From Candidatus Poribacteria bacterium (GTDB lineage: Bacteria; Poribacteria; WGA-4E; WGA-3G), in assembly GCA_022826805.1 (NCBI GenBank), contig JAJDUH010000045.1, forward strand, positions 83,562 to 147,561: a stretch of 64,000 nt of DNA. The letters run 5' to 3'. This document shows, piece by piece, positions 20,022 through 29,996 of this stretch; positions within the stretch are counted from its first letter, which is position 1, and each line of letters opens with the position of its first letter. A program made the position numbers and the translations under genes. A model generated the notes under the pieces. The model was not told where the DNA came from. It made no database searches and worked only from the letters and a program-made list of their open reading frames with translations.

Positions 20022-21147
20022 AACTGCGTCTTCTGTCTACATTCATATCCCGTTCTGCGCCACGAAGTGCTATTACTGCGCCTTCAATACATACACTTTT
20101 CACAAAGAACAGGCAAACGCATACCTACAGGCACTTCAAACGGAGATGGAACTGTATGCCCCGGAAACCGACCTACTACAAACCATCTTCATCGGCGGTG
20201 GCACCCCCTCTATCCTCTCTGCAAACGCTTTAGCACAACTATTTGCGGATATACACCAGAACTTCACGCTATCTCCAGACGCTGAAATCACTGTTGAGTG
20301 TAATCCTGGAACGGTTGATGCTGAAAAATTGAGTGTCATGCGGGATAACAGCGTGAACCGACTCAGTTTCGGTCTACAAGCGATGCAGGACGAAACCTTA
20401 AAGCAGTTGGGCAGAATCCACACCGTCTCGGAATTTCTACAGAGTTATCGCCTCACACGCAAACACGGCTTTGAGAACATTAATATTGATCTCATCTTCG
20501 CGCTTCCCGAGCAAAGCATGGCAGCGTGGCACCACACCTTAAATGCTGTAATTGCCCTTGAACCCGAACACATTTCAGCCTACAACCTTGTGATGGAGGA
20601 GGAAACCCCGTTTTATGAACAGTGGCAAGCCGGGGAACTCCCCCTCCCTTCCGAGGACACCGAAGCCGACATGTTCCAATACACAATTGAGACATTGACA
20701 GCACATGGATACACGCATTATGAAATTTGCAACTTTGCGAAACACAACCACTTTGCGAAACACAATCTCGTCTATTGGAACAATCAACCGTGTATCGGAC
20801 TCGGTGTAGGCGCGTGTGGGTACATCAATGGTAGGCGTTACGCTAACATCCGAGGCATTGCACCTTATATCAAAAAACTCTCCAAGCGTAGCAAACCCAT
20901 TGCCGATACCGAACACCTAACAGGGCATGCTGAAAAGGCAGAAACGCTTATGCTTGCGCTTCGTAAACGAGAAGGCATCTCCCTTGAAGTCTATCAAAAT
21001 CGCTTTGGTGAGGGAATTGAGGTGGCGTTTGGAGACATTCTCAACAAATGGAGCGATTCACGCCTGTTAGAACAGACGGATACACATCTGAGACTCACCG
21101 ATCGCGGGCTCCTTTTGGCTAACGAGGTCTTCATAGAGTTGATGTGA
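20005..21147 (+). CDS. hemW: Radical SAM heme chaperone HemW (HemN-like)
   Basis: YIHIPFCATKCYYC, GGGTPS, YEICNF, HNLVYW. Confidence 0.88.
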   Translation: MSHLHKTASSVYIHIPFCATKCYYCAFNTYTFHKEQANAYLQALQTEMELYAPETDLLQTIFIGGGTPSILSANALAQLFADIHQNFTLSPDAEITVECNPGTVDAEKLSVMRDNSVNRLSFGLQAMQDETLKQLGRIHTVSEFLQSYRLTRKHGFENINIDLIFALPEQSMAAWHHTLNAVIALEPEHISAYNLVMEEETPFYEQWQAGELPLPSEDTEADMFQYTIETLTAHGYTHYEICNFAKHNHFAKHNLVYWNNQPCIGLGVGACGYINGRRYANIRGIAPYIKKLSKRSKPIADTEHLTGHAEKAETLMLALRKREGISLEVYQNRFGEGIEVAFGDILNKWSDSRLLEQTDTHLRLTDRGLLLANEVFIELM

Positions 21148-21328
21148 TAGGACTTACGCATTTCCTCTTAAAGTCCCCCTACCCCCCTGATAAGGGCGGG
21201 GAAGCCCATACGGGCTTCATACCGTTGATTTGATATGGGGGGTTAGGGGATTTAGGGGGTTAAATAACTAAAATATCCACTTTTTTGGCGAAATATATTG
21301 CTTTTGGACACAATTTGCGTAAGCCCTG
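21148..21328. mobile_element. Second MITE-like copy, carrying an internal 34-bp hairpin insertion
   Basis: TAGGACTTACGCA...TGCGTAAGCCCTG, flanked by TGTGA on both sides; interior homologous to 3411-3531. Confidence 0.7.
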
Positions 21329-21387
21329 TGTGACTTAAAAGTAGCAGGCGGACGCTGTCTGCCGTTCACGCTTTGCCCCAAATTTGA

Positions 21388-21415
21388 TTGACTTATCCCG
21401 CAAACTTGCTATCAT
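21388..21415 (+). promoter_or_regulatory. Sigma70-like promoter, likely leaderless transcript
   Basis: TTGACT-N16-TATCAT; ATG 6 nt downstream with no SD. Confidence 0.5.
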
Positions 21416-21421
21416 ACCCAC

Positions 21422-24400
21422 ATGCCGAAACTCAATCTAAAACCCAATCACAAAGCGATTCGGGATTACTACGCCACGCTGCAGCAGTATCAACAACACG
21501 ACATCACACACGAAGGCGCCGTCAGTTCCCCTTTTGATACACTCTTGCAAACCTGCGCAAAACAGGTAAACGCCACACTTGTCCCCCAATGGACAATGCA
21601 GACCGCAGCAGGAACCCGTATCATCATTGACGGCGCAATCCTCGACGAATACGGTCTCCCCTTCGCCTATTGGGAAGCAAAAGATATAGATGACGACCTC
21701 GCCAAGTCGGTGCAAGAAAAACGTGAGGCAGGCTACCCACTCGACAACATCTGTTTCCAAACACCGCAGCATGCCATCTTATATCAGAACGGAGCAGAGG
21801 TTCTCAATGTAGACATCACCGACCCTGCCCACCTGATTGCGGTACTCCAATACCTATTCGCTTACGTCCCACCCGCACTCGACAACTGGCAGACCGCCGT
21901 CTCCGATTTCAGAGAACACGTACCCGACCTGGCAAGTAAACTAAAGGAACTCATCGAGCAACGCCACGAAACCGATCCAGCATTCAAGAAGGCGTTTGCC
22001 AACTTTTACGAAACCTGCCGTACCTCCATTAACCCCGACCTCTCACAAGATGCTGTCGAGGAGATGCTCATTCAGCACATCCTCACCGAACGCATTTTCC
22101 GCACCGTCTTTAACAACTCCGCTTTCACCCGCCGAAACATCATTGCACGCGAGATTGAAAACGTGGTTGATGCGCTTATCCGTCAGGCGTTCAGCCGCGA
22201 GGAGTTTCTCAAACCGTTAGATCGGTTCTATATCGCTATCGAGCAAGCCGCGATGCTCTGCCGAGACTTCGCCCAAAAACAGCACTTCCTCAACACGTTT
22301 TACGAGAAATTTTTCCAAGGGTTCTCTGAGGATGTAGCGGACACACACGGCATCGTCTATACACCGCAACCGATTGTCGATTTCATAGTGAAAAGCGTGG
22401 CGCATATCTTGGAAACCGAATTCGGTCGTTCGCTTTCGGATACCGGCGTACATATCATCGATCCGTTCGTCGGGACGGGCAATTTCATTGTCCGACTCAT
22501 GCAGGAGATCCAAGGCACGGCGTTAGAGGAGAAATACCGCCACGAGTTGCACTGTAACGAGGTAATGCTCCTGCCCTACTACATCGCCAGCTTGAACATC
22601 GAACAGGAATTCTTCCAACGCACGGGGACGTATCTACCCTTTGAAGGCATCGCACTTGCGGACACATTTGAGTTGCTTGAACAGGAGCAAGGCGAACTCT
22701 TTACGCGTGAAAACACCGAACGGGTAAAGAAACAGAAGGCAACGGATATGTTCGTCGTCATCGGCAATCCACCTTATAACATGGGACAGATTAATGAAAA
22801 CGACAATAACAAAAATCGCAAGTATGAGATAATGGACGATCGGGTTGCAGACACTTATGTAAAAGACTCCAAAGCCACGCTAAAAAATAAACTCTACGAT
22901 CCGTATGTAAAAGCGATTCGATGGGCATCTGACCGGATTGGAGAAGAAGGGGTTGTCGCCTTTGTGACGAATAACGGTTTTCTTGACCGCACCGCGTTTG
23001 ACGGCATGCGGAAACACCTCACAGAAGATTTTGATACGATTTACATTTTGGATCTGGGTGGAAACGTCCGTCAGAATCCGAAGTTGTCGGGAACAACACA
23101 TAACGTCTTCGGAATTCAGGTCGGGGTGAGCATCAATCTTTTCATTAAAAAAAGTGCCGAGAAGACAGATTCAAAACCCGCCGAAATCTTTTACGCGTGT
23201 GTTGATGAATTCTGGCGGAAAGAGGAAAAATATCACCACCTTGACTCAAAACAACATTACCGAAATATTGAATGGCAGCAGATAATACCTGACAGGCGAT
23301 ATACATGGCTCACGGAAGGACTTCATGCTGAGTTTGATACCTTCCTACCGATGGGAAGCAAAAAAACAAAAAATAGAAGGGATGGAAAGACTATTTTTAA
23401 CCTATATTCTCTGGGAGTTGCTACAAATAGAGATAGTTTGGTTTATTCTTTCGATCTGGATTTGCTCCAAGAGCGGGTTCACACATTCATTGAAATATAC
23501 AACACTACTGTTGACAAGAAGCGAAGGCACAACCCTAAAGTACCGGTTGAAAGCCTCATTGATACGACTGACCCATGTATCAAATGGACTCGTCAAGTTA
23601 AAGCATCACTCAAAAAACTGGAGCTAAGTAGTTATGAAAATGCTCATTTCCGGACGGCGTTGTATCGTCCGTTCTGTCAGAGACATCTCTACTTTGATAA
23701 CTTTTGGAACGAAGAGCGTTCTCAACAGTACCGAATTTTTCCAACATCTGAAACGGAATCCGAAAATCGAGTGATTTGTGTGCCGAGTAAGGGCGGACGA
23801 ACTAATTTTTGGTGCTATTTAACAAACGTAATCCCGAATTTGACAATAACTTCCGTAGATGGAACTCAATGCTTCCCCTTCTACACCTACGACGAGGACA
23901 GCACAAACCGACAAGAGAACATCACCGACTGGGGATTGACGGAATTCCGAACGCACTACAACGACGACACCATCACCAAGTGGGACATCTTTCACTATAC
24001 CTATGCCCTCTTGCACCACCCCATCTATCGCGAGAAATACGAGAAGAACCTCAAGCGCGACCTACCACATATCCCATTCGCCGAAGATTTTGGGGGGTTT
24101 GCCGCGGCAGGTGCGCAGCTGGCAGACCTCCACGTCAATTACGAATCCGTTCCAAAATATGATGGATTGAAATACATTGAAACGCCGGGGATGAGGGTAG
24201 ATTGGCGTGTTGAGAAGATGAGATTGTCCAAAGACAAGACGCAGTTAAAATACAACGACTTCCTGACGCTGGACGGCATCCCCGCGGAGGTTTATGATTA
24301 TCGGCTTGGTACCCGTTCTGCCTTGGAGTGGGTTGTGGATCAGTATCGTGTCAAAACCGACAAACGGAGCGGCATCGTCAACGACCCAAACCGTGAGACG

Positions 24401-24490
24401 GAACCGCGGTATATCGTAGACCTCATCGCCCGCGTCATCACCGTCAGTTCGGAGACGGTGGAGATTGTCAAAAATTTGCCTGCCTTGTAG
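21422..24490 (+). CDS. Single-chain restriction-modification enzyme (Type IIG / helicase-less ISP-like): nuclease, N6-adenine MTase and TRD
   Basis: N-terminal IDG..WEAK PD-(D/E)xK-like motif; GIVYTP, DPFVGTG (motif I), GNPPY (motif IV); C-terminal YRPF and YRLG..SALEW segments. Confidence 0.85.
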   Translation: MPKLNLKPNHKAIRDYYATLQQYQQHDITHEGAVSSPFDTLLQTCAKQVNATLVPQWTMQTAAGTRIIIDGAILDEYGLPFAYWEAKDIDDDLAKSVQEKREAGYPLDNICFQTPQHAILYQNGAEVLNVDITDPAHLIAVLQYLFAYVPPALDNWQTAVSDFREHVPDLASKLKELIEQRHETDPAFKKAFANFYETCRTSINPDLSQDAVEEMLIQHILTERIFRTVFNNSAFTRRNIIAREIENVVDALIRQAFSREEFLKPLDRFYIAIEQAAMLCRDFAQKQHFLNTFYEKFFQGFSEDVADTHGIVYTPQPIVDFIVKSVAHILETEFGRSLSDTGVHIIDPFVGTGNFIVRLMQEIQGTALEEKYRHELHCNEVMLLPYYIASLNIEQEFFQRTGTYLPFEGIALADTFELLEQEQGELFTRENTERVKKQKATDMFVVIGNPPYNMGQINENDNNKNRKYEIMDDRVADTYVKDSKATLKNKLYDPYVKAIRWASDRIGEEGVVAFVTNNGFLDRTAFDGMRKHLTEDFDTIYILDLGGNVRQNPKLSGTTHNVFGIQVGVSINLFIKKSAEKTDSKPAEIFYACVDEFWRKEEKYHHLDSKQHYRNIEWQQIIPDRRYTWLTEGLHAEFDTFLPMGSKKTKNRRDGKTIFNLYSLGVATNRDSLVYSFDLDLLQERVHTFIEIYNTTVDKKRRHNPKVPVESLIDTTDPCIKWTRQVKASLKKLELSSYENAHFRTALYRPFCQRHLYFDNFWNEERSQQYRIFPTSETESENRVICVPSKGGRTNFWCYLTNVIPNLTITSVDGTQCFPFYTYDEDSTNRQENITDWGLTEFRTHYNDDTITKWDIFHYTYALLHHPIYREKYEKNLKRDLPHIPFAEDFGGFAAAGAQLADLHVNYESVPKYDGLKYIETPGMRVDWRVEKMRLSKDKTQLKYNDFLTLDGIPAEVYDYRLGTRSALEWVVDQYRVKTDKRSGIVNDPNRETEPRYIVDLIARVITVSSETVEIVKNLPAL

Positions 24491-24697
24491 GAGCGAGTAT
24501 TTTTGCTTGGGTGTTTCCCTGCCCGCGATAAAGCATATCACACATTTTCTCCGTAGGAGCGAGCTTTGCTCGCGATATTGTATACTACATCTGTTTTCTG
24601 TAGGAGCGAGTGTTTTTGCTTGGGCGTTTCTTCATGCTCGCGAGCTTTTCCTTCTGTTCCTCGCGAGCTTTTCCTTGTGTTACCCGCGAGCTTCCTC
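24487..24697. repeat. Cluster of GTAGGAGCGAG REPs downstream of the RAYT, plus short CGCGAGCTT tandem units
   Basis: REPs start at 24487, 24553 and 24600. Confidence 0.8.
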
Positions 24698-25169
24698 ATT
24701 CCATCTCAAACTTACACCGCCAAAACGGATAATCCCTCGCAGCCTTTACCAATCCTGACCGCACTGGATTCTGATAACAATATCGAATAATGGTATTCAA
24801 TGATTCATCCTGCCGGATACCGTGTTCATGGTAAGCAGCCTGCCAAAGTGAACCGCTACGTTCCAAGTAAGCGTTAACCTGTTTCGCTGTATGGCTTTTG
24901 AAGGATTGTATAAGCCTCGACAATGTTTGTTTACCGCCGAGTTGGATAACAGCATGGATATGATCTGGCATCACAATCACACAAAACCATCTGAGTCGCT
25001 CTTTCGTTTCGAGCCAGTCAAAGGCTTGAAAAATGATGTCCGAAATTTTAGGAGTTGCGAGCAGAGGTTTTTTGTTAAGCGTGGCGAGCGTGAGGTAATA
25101 GTAGGTACCAGGTATTGAGTGTCTCCCTTTGCGGAGTTGCCGGTGTCCTCGGGTGGGCGTTTGTTTCAT
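24696..25169 (-). CDS. REP-associated tyrosine transposase (RAYT, Y1 HUH)
   Basis: YYLT, VMPDHIH (HUH), LWQ..YHEH and Y..QNPV motifs; flanked by inverted REPs. Confidence 0.88.
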   Translation of the reverse strand: MKQTPTRGHRQLRKGRHSIPGTYYYLTLATLNKKPLLATPKISDIIFQAFDWLETKERLRWFCVIVMPDHIHAVIQLGGKQTLSRLIQSFKSHTAKQVNAYLERSGSLWQAAYHEHGIRQDESLNTIIRYCYQNPVRSGLVKAARDYPFWRCKFEME

Positions 25170-25219
25170 TTCACATTCCTATAAGTATCGCGGATAGGGA
25201 TTGTTTTTTTATGTAGGGT

Positions 25220-25311
25220 ATCGCGAGCACAGCTCGCTCCTACAGAGGACAGCGGACGCAACATCGTCTATGATGACGTACTCCCTTATCGCGAGCACAG
25301 CTCGCTCCTAC
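25220..25311. repeat. Two inverted REPs upstream of the RAYT
   Basis: ATCGCGAGCACAGCTCGCTCCTAC at 25220-25243 and 25288-25311, close to the reverse complement of the 24553 REP. Confidence 0.85.
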
Positions 25312-25470
25312 AGAGGAGGCTACGGTTTCTATGATAACTGACAACTGATAACTGACCACTTAAAACTATAGCGCATTTGATGAGAATCCTCAAGGAAGAA
25401 CCGCGATCAGCAAAGTCAGAGCATTTTGATTTAGGTCAGATAAACTAAATCTCCCCCCAAAAAAATTGTT

Positions 25471-25499
25471 TTGACGCCTCACGCAAAATGTGGTAATCT
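25471..25499 (+). promoter_or_regulatory. Sigma70-like promoter for truA
   Basis: TTGACG-N17-TAATCT with extended -10 TG. Confidence 0.5.
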
Positions 25500-25563
25500 A
25501 TGCATAGCACATAGCGAACAGCGAATTGCCAATAGCGAATAACGAACGAACCCATAACCCCAA

Positions 25564-26322
25564 ATGCGAAATATCAAACTCGTGCTTGAATATGACGGAA
25601 CCCACTATCATGGATGGCAGACGCAACCGAACTTGCCAACAATCCAAGACACAATTGAGGAGGCGCTGGCACAGTTAACCAAAACCCCGATACAGATCAT
25701 CGGGGCAGGAAGAACCGATACAGGTGTCCATGCCGAGGGGCAGGTCGCTAACTTCGGGACGGATTCACAGATGCCCATTGTCGCATTCCAAAAAGGACTC
25801 AACGCTATTTTACCACGGGATATCGTCGTCTGTTCCGCAACAGAAGTGTCTCCAGAGTTTCATGCCCGTTTCAGTGCGACAAGTCGGCGATACCGGTATA
25901 CAATCTTGAACCGAGCATACCCGAGCGCACTTTCGCGACAGACGAGTTACTTCTTTCCAGCAGCAATTGACGTGCCACTGGCAAACACCCTCTGCCAAGT
26001 ACTAGTTGGCAAACACGATTTTTCCTCTTTCCAAAAGACAGGTAGCGATCGGAGCAATCCTATCTGTGAAATTTATGAGGGACACTGTTGGCAGAAAGAG
26101 CCTTATGTCTACTTTGAAATCGAAGCCGACGCGTTTCTGCGAGGGATGGTCCGCGCCCTCGTCGGCACTATCCTGAAATGTATCAAGGAAGACGATGCCG
26201 AAGCCGAGCTGCATCGCATTTTAGACACCAAAGACAGAGTCGCAGCAGGAACATCAGTACCTGCACACGGATTGTCACTCATTTGTGTTAAATATAACGA
26301 TGCACTACACCTTTTACAGTGA
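25564..26322 (+). CDS. truA: tRNA pseudouridine(38-40) synthase
   Basis: YDGT.YHGWQ, GRTDTGVHA, FHARF, FLRGMVR. Confidence 0.95.
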   Translation: MRNIKLVLEYDGTHYHGWQTQPNLPTIQDTIEEALAQLTKTPIQIIGAGRTDTGVHAEGQVANFGTDSQMPIVAFQKGLNAILPRDIVVCSATEVSPEFHARFSATSRRYRYTILNRAYPSALSRQTSYFFPAAIDVPLANTLCQVLVGKHDFSSFQKTGSDRSNPICEIYEGHCWQKEPYVYFEIEADAFLRGMVRALVGTILKCIKEDDAEAELHRILDTKDRVAAGTSVPAHGLSLICVKYNDALHLLQ

Positions 26323-26488
26323 GCAGTTACACTCATCGGTTATAGACAGTGGGTTAAGAGGGAACCTGTTGGTATACCCCAAGTATGCGTGAATTGTTAC
26401 AAACACACCTCTTAACTGACAACTGATAACTGACGACTCCTAAAACTGACGACTTCTAAAACCGACAACCACCCAAAAGGAGTTCTCT

Positions 26489-27502
26489 ATGAACTACGCC
26501 CAAGTCTTGAATGAATTGGAAACTTTGGTTAACGAAACCTTCGCGCTCTGGGAACACAACCGCGTAGGTTTCCAGTGGCGACATTATACATGGAACCACA
26601 CCATGCGTGTGCGTGCGCTGAGCATGGAACTCGGTAAACGGGAAGGTGGCGATGTGAAGCTCCTGGAAGTCGCTGGCACCCTGCACGACATCACCAAACG
26701 ATACGACGGCGTTATCTTGACCGACGACAACGGACAACGTATCCTCGACCATAATGGGTTCTGGCTAAATGAAACCCTCACCCCCGCCGGTCAGAACGTC
26801 GTTACAGAACTTTACAACAAGCATAACCTCCATGGCACAGTCCATCATGAATCCGGTGCAGTTATTACCGAGAACATATTGGGGATGTACGACTTTGAAC
26901 CCGATTTTGTACAAGCAGCGACAGCCGTTGTCCTCGCGCACCTAAAACCGATGAATCTTACAGCGGAAGATTTTAAACTGCTCTATAACAGGATCGAAAA
27001 CCAGGTCCTTTACGACGCTGACACCATGGATCCAAACGTCGGCTATACGGCTTTCTTCCGAAACATTCACATCCATTCCTATTTCGCCCTCCAACGCGGG
27101 AATTTTGACCTTGATGACTACGTACGGAACCTCCCGCGCTGGATTAATTCCAAGCAGGAATTCGTTGACAAACTCTTGACGGAATCCTCTCGTGAAGTTG
27201 CGCAAGCGCGACAGGATAGAAATCAGCATCTTTTCTTGCAAATGGTAGATGAATTAGATGATATGGAGATAAATCGTAAATACGGATTGCTGGGTGTGAT
27301 TGAGTACTTCGTCGGTGTAACCGAAGATCCTCACTTTCTGAATCAACTCGACCATCTGCAAAACGAGTGGCTTCCACAACGGCGGCAATGGCTAGCTGAA
27401 GAGGAAACCGAGGCATCCACACGCGACCGCGCACAAGGCGCAATCGATCGGGTTGATGATTTCCTGACCCTACTGACCCGCGAAAGCAACGGAGAGCTTT
27501 AA
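26489..27502 (+). CDS. HD-domain metal-dependent phosphohydrolase
   Basis: H..RV...LHD, HH and YDAD motifs. Confidence 0.75.
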   Translation: MNYAQVLNELETLVNETFALWEHNRVGFQWRHYTWNHTMRVRALSMELGKREGGDVKLLEVAGTLHDITKRYDGVILTDDNGQRILDHNGFWLNETLTPAGQNVVTELYNKHNLHGTVHHESGAVITENILGMYDFEPDFVQAATAVVLAHLKPMNLTAEDFKLLYNRIENQVLYDADTMDPNVGYTAFFRNIHIHSYFALQRGNFDLDDYVRNLPRWINSKQEFVDKLLTESSREVAQARQDRNQHLFLQMVDELDDMEINRKYGLLGVIEYFVGVTEDPHFLNQLDHLQNEWLPQRRQWLAEEETEASTRDRAQGAIDRVDDFLTLLTRESNGEL

Positions 27503-27529
27503 GGTGCAGCTTATCAAGAAGGAGCTTTT

Positions 27530-28393
27530 ATGAATACCCCAACGACAGGCGAACAGACAGACGTCATCCAACTCCCGTATTCACCTGAACTCTATAGCTT
27601 TGACACGGCTGCCAAGGGGATTTCTGGTGGATTTCCAGCCGTAACCGAGGCAGACATCGAATACTTTCACCGATACGGTTATCTGGTCATCAACGACGCT
27701 TTTAGTCCTGCCGAAGTCAAAGATGCCTTGGCAGGCATGACGCATCTCATGGATGGCAAGTGTCCGGATTTTCGGGCGATTCAATTTGAACCGAAACTCG
27801 GCAAGAAGAAGAACGATCTGGAAGGCGAAGAACGTCGCAAGGCTATCAGAAAAGTCTTTGGGTTTGTAGACTACGAACCCCGCCTAAATGCGATGGCAAC
27901 CCACCCAGGTCTCCTCAGTGTACTCGAACAGGTTATAGAGGACACACCCGTACTGTTTCAAGATATGGGGCTCGTTAAACCGCCGCGCCATGGATCGGAA
28001 AAACCGTGGCATCAAGATTGTGCTTACTTCAATCTCGCCGAGGGAACAACAGTCGTCGGTGTATGGATTGCCTTAGACGAAGCTACACCTGAAAATGGAT
28101 GCTTGCACATTATACCCGGGTCGCATATCGAGGGACCGATGATCCATTTCAAACGGCGGGATTGGCAGATTTGCGATACGGATGTGCCGGTAGCACGCGA
28201 TACGATGGTGCCGCTTAAGCCGGGTGGTTGCCTTTTCTGGCACGGATTGACGCACCACGGGAGTCCGGTTAACCAATCCGATCAAGGGCGCAGAGCACTT
28301 CAATTCCACTACGTACCAGCAAGCTGTGAAGAAGTTACAACGCAAGAACGCATGGCTGTTTACGGGAGCGAAGGGAAAGAAGTAGATTGTTAA
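27530..28393 (+). CDS. Phytanoyl-CoA dioxygenase (PhyH) family 2OG-Fe(II) oxygenase
   Basis: WHQD, WIALD..ENGCL..PGSH, HGS..N.S..R. Confidence 0.9.
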   Translation: MNTPTTGEQTDVIQLPYSPELYSFDTAAKGISGGFPAVTEADIEYFHRYGYLVINDAFSPAEVKDALAGMTHLMDGKCPDFRAIQFEPKLGKKKNDLEGEERRKAIRKVFGFVDYEPRLNAMATHPGLLSVLEQVIEDTPVLFQDMGLVKPPRHGSEKPWHQDCAYFNLAEGTTVVGVWIALDEATPENGCLHIIPGSHIEGPMIHFKRRDWQICDTDVPVARDTMVPLKPGGCLFWHGLTHHGSPVNQSDQGRRALQFHYVPASCEEVTTQERMAVYGSEGKEVDC

Positions 28394-28538
28394 TAGCCAT
28401 CGGCAATCAGGGCGTTCCGCTTCGCTCCACTCTCAGCAGTCAGTAGAGCGTGTGGCAGTTACGTTCGTCTTGAATGCCACAAACATCTCTTTACCGATTG
28501 CTGAAAGCGCAGCGACCTGACGGCTGATAGCCATCCCG

Positions 28539-29591
28539 CTATTTCGTCTGTTCTGGGAACGGGGCACGGATGTCGTAACGTCCCTCTTCAAATACCGGTA
28601 ACTTGCCACCTTCAACCAACAGGTCAAGTGGGTTCGGGCGCGTTGTTAAGGGGAAGGTTACCACGTTCTGAATGCGCAACGATTCGTAAATCGCCATCAG
28701 GATTTCTATCGTGCAAAGCCCATGTTTGCCAGCATTGCGGTGTTCGTCAACATCACCATCGATCCAAGCCAGCATTTCATCATACTGATTCGGTTCGCTC
28801 TGACGTGGCTCGATGGTCTGCCATCCAGCGGCTTTGCTGTTAAGCAATTCAATAGTATCGTTATCCCCACGACGGAGTTGTCCATCATCTCCATAGACGA
28901 CATCGCCTCGGAGGACGGGTTCTGGTAAATCACTTTCGTAGATGCCCCGGATACCGCCTTCAAAGCAGATTTCTGCCATACACAAGTCCTCAGTCCGAAC
29001 CCGACGTTCCCAGCGATCCGTTCGGCGTGCGACCTGTCCAATGAGCCATAACGGATCTGGATCACCGAGAATATACCGCATTTCGTCAATTTCGTGTGTG
29101 CCTCGGTTCAGCAGTCCATGCCCATCGCGACGGAGCATTGCCTGTGGTTGACCGATTGCGCCTTCTTGGATAAGCCGACGTGCTTCACAGTTTTGGGAAC
29201 TAAAACGGCGTTGGTGACCGACTACTAATTTCACGCCGTGCTTGTCACAGACCTCCATCATGTCCTGCGCGTCACCGACAGAAGCCGCCATCGGTTTTTC
29301 GGTAATCACACCGAGCACCCCGCTTTCAGCAGCAGCGATAGTCGGCTCGGCACGGACGCTTTGCCAAGTCGTGATGCTAACGATATCCAAATCTTCTGTG
29401 TCGCACATCTCTCTGAAATCAGTATAGTGCGTTGGGAGCGCGAATTCCTCAGCAAATCTTGCCGCAGAATCTGCGCTGATGTCTGAAGCCGTAACAACTT
29501 CCGCGCGACCTGTACTCGTCCAATTATTGGCATGGGAACGTCCCATACCACCGCATCCTATAATTCCAATACGATATGTTTTGTCTGCCAT
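28539..29591 (-). CDS. Gfo/Idh/MocA oxidoreductase
   Basis: IGIIGCGGMG, EKPMA, GHQRR; start reassigned to MADKTY because the ORF-track extension runs through a REP. Confidence 0.88.
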   Translation of the reverse strand: MADKTYRIGIIGCGGMGRSHANNWTSTGRAEVVTASDISADSAARFAEEFALPTHYTDFREMCDTEDLDIVSITTWQSVRAEPTIAAAESGVLGVITEKPMAASVGDAQDMMEVCDKHGVKLVVGHQRRFSSQNCEARRLIQEGAIGQPQAMLRRDGHGLLNRGTHEIDEMRYILGDPDPLWLIGQVARRTDRWERRVRTEDLCMAEICFEGGIRGIYESDLPEPVLRGDVVYGDDGQLRRGDNDTIELLNSKAAGWQTIEPRQSEPNQYDEMLAWIDGDVDEHRNAGKHGLCTIEILMAIYESLRIQNVVTFPLTTRPNPLDLLVEGGKLPVFEEGRYDIRAPFPEQTK

Positions 29592-29621
29592 CTGTTTACC
29601 TCTTTGCAAACGCCCTTCTTT

Positions 29622-29698
29622 GTAGGAGCGAGTGTTTTTGCGAATCAACGGTATGAATGCCGTGTGGCATTCCCCGGGGCGTTTCTTCACGCTCGCGA
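29622..29698. repeat. Composite REP with nested insertions
   Basis: GTAGGAGCGAGTGTTTTTGC-G-[34-bp hairpin element]-GGGCGTTTCTTCACGCTCGCGA. Confidence 0.75.
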
Positions 29699-29996
29699 CT
29701 GTCCGAGACAAATACGTAAAAAAACGCGAAAACTAAATAGCCCTGCGCTACATGGAACATAAGTTTTACAAGAATGACATACTATCAGAAATTATGAGTC
29801 AAGACAAGCGAATTCTTTAACCCACAACCCATAACCACAAAAACATGTGGTTATTTTGACACAACCCTTTCAAGCGAGAACCCTTGTATTTACTATAGTT
29901 TGTAACAAATACATAATTGGCATCGTTTATGCAATAGGGATAGTAAAACCTTTACATTCCTGCGACGAAGATTTGTGAAGGAACAAGGAGAAGGAA

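Noticed and set aside
24487-25311. CRISPR array
   Set aside because: Repeats are palindromic REPs in both orientations with irregular spacing; no cas genes
29592-29711. 40-aa N-terminal extension of the Gfo/Idh/MocA protein
   Set aside because: It runs through a composite REP; a GAGG RBS precedes MADKTY
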